A stretch of 38,734 nt of DNA. Origin: a virus. Lineage: Duplodnaviria > Caudoviricetes. Below the pieces are notes generated by a model. The model was not told the DNA's origin, searched no databases, and saw nothing but the letters and a program-made list of their open reading frames with translations. Within the stretch, counting starts at the first letter, position 1, and each line of letters begins with the position of its first letter. Below, piece after piece: positions 36,157 to 38,734 of the stretch. The position numbers were made by a program, and so were the translations under genes. The stretch spans positions 1-38,734 of the IMG/VR virus record IMGVR_UViG_3300014201_000016. One strand, given 5' to 3'.

Positions 36157-36579
36157 ATGCTTTGTATCAGAGGCGTCCTCACCGGTTACCGGCCCGAGCT
36201 GAGGCGCCTCATTTGCTGGACTGAGGACTGGCGAGTCTATTCGGCAAACTCCCACTCGCCACAGGAGCCACAAAATCCAGCGTCCGAAGGCGCCGGGCAT
36301 GCCTACTCCAATTACGAGATGAAGCTTCGCGTTTTCGCGCTTGAGAGCCTTGTTCTTTCGACATGCGTGTCAATAAAGCGAGGTGGGGGCGGATTAACTC
36401 TAAAAGCCGGACAAGATCAGGCGAAGGCGTGGATCGAGCGGCAAGCTTTCGACTTGGAAAAGGAATTACAGCAATCCGAGATTTGGAAGTCTTTACCGGA
36501 GCCGAAGCATCTAACCGTCGAGCTTTTCCGCGCCGAGCTTTCTGACTTGGCATCACGAGTTGGTCACTCCAATGGTTAA
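36157..36579 (+). CDS. hypothetical protein (start uncertain)
   Basis: 140-aa ORF overlapping the next plus-strand gene; only the C-terminal half looks protein-like. Confidence 0.4.
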   Translation: MLCIRGVLTGYRPELRRLICWTEDWRVYSANSHSPQEPQNPASEGAGHAYSNYEMKLRVFALESLVLSTCVSIKRGGGGLTLKAGQDQAKAWIERQAFDLEKELQQSEIWKSLPEPKHLTVELFRAELSDLASRVGHSNG

Positions 36580-36727
36580 GAAAAAGCAGCCTAAAGACAC
36601 CCCCGAGCAGCAGCACACGCGCTTTGTCGAAGCGGCTAAGAAAGCTGAAGCCGATGAAGCGCCGGATGCTATGGATAAGGCGTTCAAGAGGATTGCCTTG
36701 GAGAAGAAGGCCCCACGGAAGCCATAG
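36572..36727 (+). CDS. small helical protein (51 aa, not in ORF track)
   Basis: MVKKKQPKDTPEQQHTRFVEAAKKAEADEAPDAMDKAFKRIALEKKAPRKP. Confidence 0.7.
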   Translation: MVKKKQPKDTPEQQHTRFVEAAKKAEADEAPDAMDKAFKRIALEKKAPRKP

Positions 36728-37625
36728 TGGTCCTTTTCATGTATCCGTCTATTAGCGATCGTCGGACATTCGCTAATGCGCCCGGTTTGTAGCGCATGAT
36801 AGTAAGTCGGTCCCTTTTTCCAGAAGGGGTCGTGCCATCGTCCTGTGAAATAGGTTTGCCTTCTCGCGTTTTAATTTCCCTAACTCCTTGCGAGAGCGCT
36901 AGGAAATCTCCAGCCATCAATGGATCGCATTCTTCTTTGGCAGCAAATGTAAGTTCACCAAGTAAATCGTATTCTGATCCCTTAAGATCCCTTTTTATCT
37001 CGTTAAAAATCCGCAGCGCATCGCCTGCATTCTTGTGCCCACTTTCCAGAACGCAATGCAAGGTAGGTAACTGACCACGATGTTTCCGACGCGCCGCCTC
37101 GACAACGAAATGCATGAGGCAGTTATGTACGCATATTCCGTACTTGCTATCTAGGCGCAGTTTTTTTGGCTTCTCACCAGTTTTGTACTCGGCCTCATAT
37201 GCAGCGTTATCGAGCACCGCAACCGCGCTTTCCATAAAGGCATTACTGGTTAGTTCGTATAGAGCCTCGACCAGCGCAATACATTTCTCGTTACTCCATC
37301 CTTTAAATTCGCCGGTCTTGTGTTTAAATTTCCTGGTGTGGAACACCTTGAAGCCGTATTCCCTCTTGATGATCCGGTAGGCTCCTTCGAATGCTTCCCA
37401 TTGACGAGCGCTCGCCATAGCGCCGCCGACCACGGTAACCGGCGACCCGTCGTGCGTATGGCCCTCATCAAGGTAGCCAGTAATGATCACAAATAGACGC
37501 TCAGCCTCCCACCTGTGGGCAATAGCAACGCAAAGTTCACGCGCAAACGACAACCACCTAAGGCCGCTATCATCATAGCGCCTCTGGTTTGCGAAGTGTA
37601 ACGTCGCCTTATTCTTTGCTGCCAT
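36684..37625 (-). CDS. DUF3800-like RNase H-fold protein (start may be further downstream)
   Basis: GYLDEG.TH....VVGG......W, FH, V.E.G, K....PL.A.DFLA. Confidence 0.75.
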   Translation of the reverse strand: MAAKNKATLHFANQRRYDDSGLRWLSFARELCVAIAHRWEAERLFVIITGYLDEGHTHDGSPVTVVGGAMASARQWEAFEGAYRIIKREYGFKVFHTRKFKHKTGEFKGWSNEKCIALVEALYELTSNAFMESAVAVLDNAAYEAEYKTGEKPKKLRLDSKYGICVHNCLMHFVVEAARRKHRGQLPTLHCVLESGHKNAGDALRIFNEIKRDLKGSEYDLLGELTFAAKEECDPLMAGDFLALSQGVREIKTREGKPISQDDGTTPSGKRDRLTIMRYKPGALANVRRSLIDGYMKRTTMASVGPSSPRQSS

Positions 37626-37785
37626 TTCCCATGGCCTTAAGAAGCTTCTGCAGCGTCACATAGCTAGGCTTAAATTCTCCCTTGATGAGATAATGCAGCG
37701 TTCTAAGGGATATTTGAGTAGCCCTCGATACTTCCGCCACACCAGTTGACCGTATATAGCGCTTAATCTCATCGATCTGCGTCAT
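37609..37785 (-). CDS. Cro/XRE-type HTH regulator (58 aa, not in ORF track)
   Basis: MTQIDEIKRYIRSTGVAEVSRATQISLRTLHYLIKGEFKPSYVTLQKLLKAMG; first gene at the strand divergence point. Confidence 0.85.
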   Translation of the reverse strand: MTQIDEIKRYIRSTGVAEVSRATQISLRTLHYLIKGEFKPSYVTLQKLLKAMGNGSKE

Positions 37786-37791
37786 TCCCCA

Positions 37792-37852
37792 ACTATACGC
37801 TTAAAATAATTCTCCGCAAGCTATTGCATCCTGCAAAGGATTGCAGTAGCTT
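37792..37852. promoter_or_regulatory. divergent promoters with operator-like inverted repeat
   Basis: Minus: TTGCGG-16-TATAGT ending 6 nt before the HTH ATG; plus: TTGCAT-17-TAGCTT; imperfect palindrome AAGCTA-TTGCA-TCCT...AGGA-TTGCA-G-TAGCTT (37818-37852). Confidence 0.7.
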
Positions 37853-37876
37853 ATCGGCCATGGATGCGGAGGGCTA

Positions 37877-38080
37877 ATGGACGATCCACAAGGCAACGAG
37901 CAGCTAGGCGAGCAAGAGCGAGCGCTCCTGGATGCTGATCCGGGATATATCGAGTGGCTGGAGAGCTTGGATAAGCATATGGAAGTCTATGAACGCTGTC
38001 ATGGAACTGGTCTCGTCACCCTCCATGGTCTCTATTACGGTGGCGATGCCGATGATCAACCCTGTCCGGAGTGCAAATAA
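37877..38080 (+). CDS. small acidic early protein
   Basis: GGAGG RBS; partial zinc-finger tail (ERCHGTG...CPEC). Confidence 0.6.
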   Translation: MDDPQGNEQLGEQERALLDADPGYIEWLESLDKHMEVYERCHGTGLVTLHGLYYGGDADDQPCPECK

Positions 38081-38083
38081 ATC

Positions 38084-38734
38084 ATGAATGTCAAAATAAA
38101 CGAAGCCCTAGCGCGCAAGGTGCTGGGTATTGTCGATGCGGGCCTGGTGCATGGGTTGGGCAAACCCGAGCCCGGCAAGATGTGCGTCGAGGCTGCGGTC
38201 AACTACGCCTTGGGTGCCCCTCACGGCGATGCCCCGGCTTGCGTCGCACCGACTTTGCGTCTTTTGAAGATTTATCTCAATGACTCACGCTGGTCCTCAG
38301 ATGCCGCGCGCACCAAGGGACTACGACGATTGGCTATTGCTCAGCTCGGCAGTGCCGCTGCATTGGATGAGCCAGAATTCGCACGTCGAGTCGTACGTCT
38401 TGCAATTCAGAAAGTTGTCCCGCAGGCGTTGAGAGCAGCAGCAAAGATTGCCACGGGTGAGCACCAGGTCGAGCTTTTGCGAGCCGCTAAGGCGTGTGAA
38501 GACGATCCCACACGCGTGAATGCAGTGAGCGCGAGCACCGCCAGCGCCACCGCCAACGCCGCCTACGTCGCCAACGCCGCCGCCAACGCCGCCGCCGCCA
38601 ACGCCAACGCCTACGTCGCCAACGCCTACGCCAACGCCGCCAACGCCGACGCCACCGCCGCCTACGCCGCCACCGCCACCGCCGCCGACGCCGCCCACGC
38701 CGCCTCCGCCGCCACCGCCGCCTACGCCGCCGCC
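38084..38734 (+). CDS. protein with alanine-rich repeat region (3' partial, not in ORF track)
   Basis: MNVKINEALARKVLGIVDAGLVHGLGKPEPGKMCVEAAVNYALG.PHGD.P.CV...LNDS.WSSD.AR.KGLRRLAIAQLGS..., open to the window end. Confidence 0.85.
   Translation, partial: MNVKINEALARKVLGIVDAGLVHGLGKPEPGKMCVEAAVNYALGAPHGDAPACVAPTLRLLKIYLNDSRWSSDAARTKGLRRLAIAQLGSAAALDEPEFARRVVRLAIQKVVPQALRAAAKIATGEHQVELLRAAKACEDDPTRVNAVSASTASATANAAYVANAAANAAAANANAYVANAYANAANADATAAYAATATAADAAHAASAATAAYAAA
38534..38734 (+). repeat. degenerate (GCC)n coding repeat
   Basis: 67 consecutive codons ending in C, mostly GCC with AAC/TAC/ACC/GAC/GTC/CAC/TCC/AGC. Confidence 0.9.

Noticed and set aside
36090-37680. Intact IS element around the DUF3800 block
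   Set aside because: No transposase, convincing terminal inverted repeats or target duplication seen.
38321-38698. Gly/Val-rich minus-strand ORF
   Set aside because: Antisense shadow of the (GCC)n Ala tract.

Overview
A near-complete genome of a P22-like (podovirus-type) tailed phage, probably of a proteobacterium. Both window ends fall inside alanine-rich low-complexity ORFs. A long minus-strand arm runs from an HTH regulator through a DUF3800-like gene, a structured non-coding region, nucleases and a Q-like regulator, then GroES-like, terS, terL, portal, fibre-like proteins, glycosyltransferase, methyltransferase, scaffold, capsid, tail adaptor/hub, ejection proteins, two tailspikes and lysis genes. 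A short plus-strand early arm is split across the two window ends. No integrase, replication initiator, helicase, polymerase or reverse transcriptase is recognisable. Highlights: (1) a 202-nt ORF-less group I intron interrupts the major capsid gene, with a decayed HNH gene next to it; (2) a non-coding locus at about 35790-36100 has ColE1 RNA I/RNA II-like architecture (convergent promoters, antisense terminator, G6-T-G7 tract) where replication genes would normally sit, a candidate RNA-primed, antisense-controlled origin; (3) a hairpin motif occurs twice, each time followed by a micro-ORF; (4) a glycosyltransferase/methyltransferase pair lies inside the head module; (5) a conserved-looking virion gene can only start at AUU; (6) a GC-rich island carries two paralogues with shuffled 11-aa repeats. 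All protein calls are from motif recognition and synteny, not database searches.
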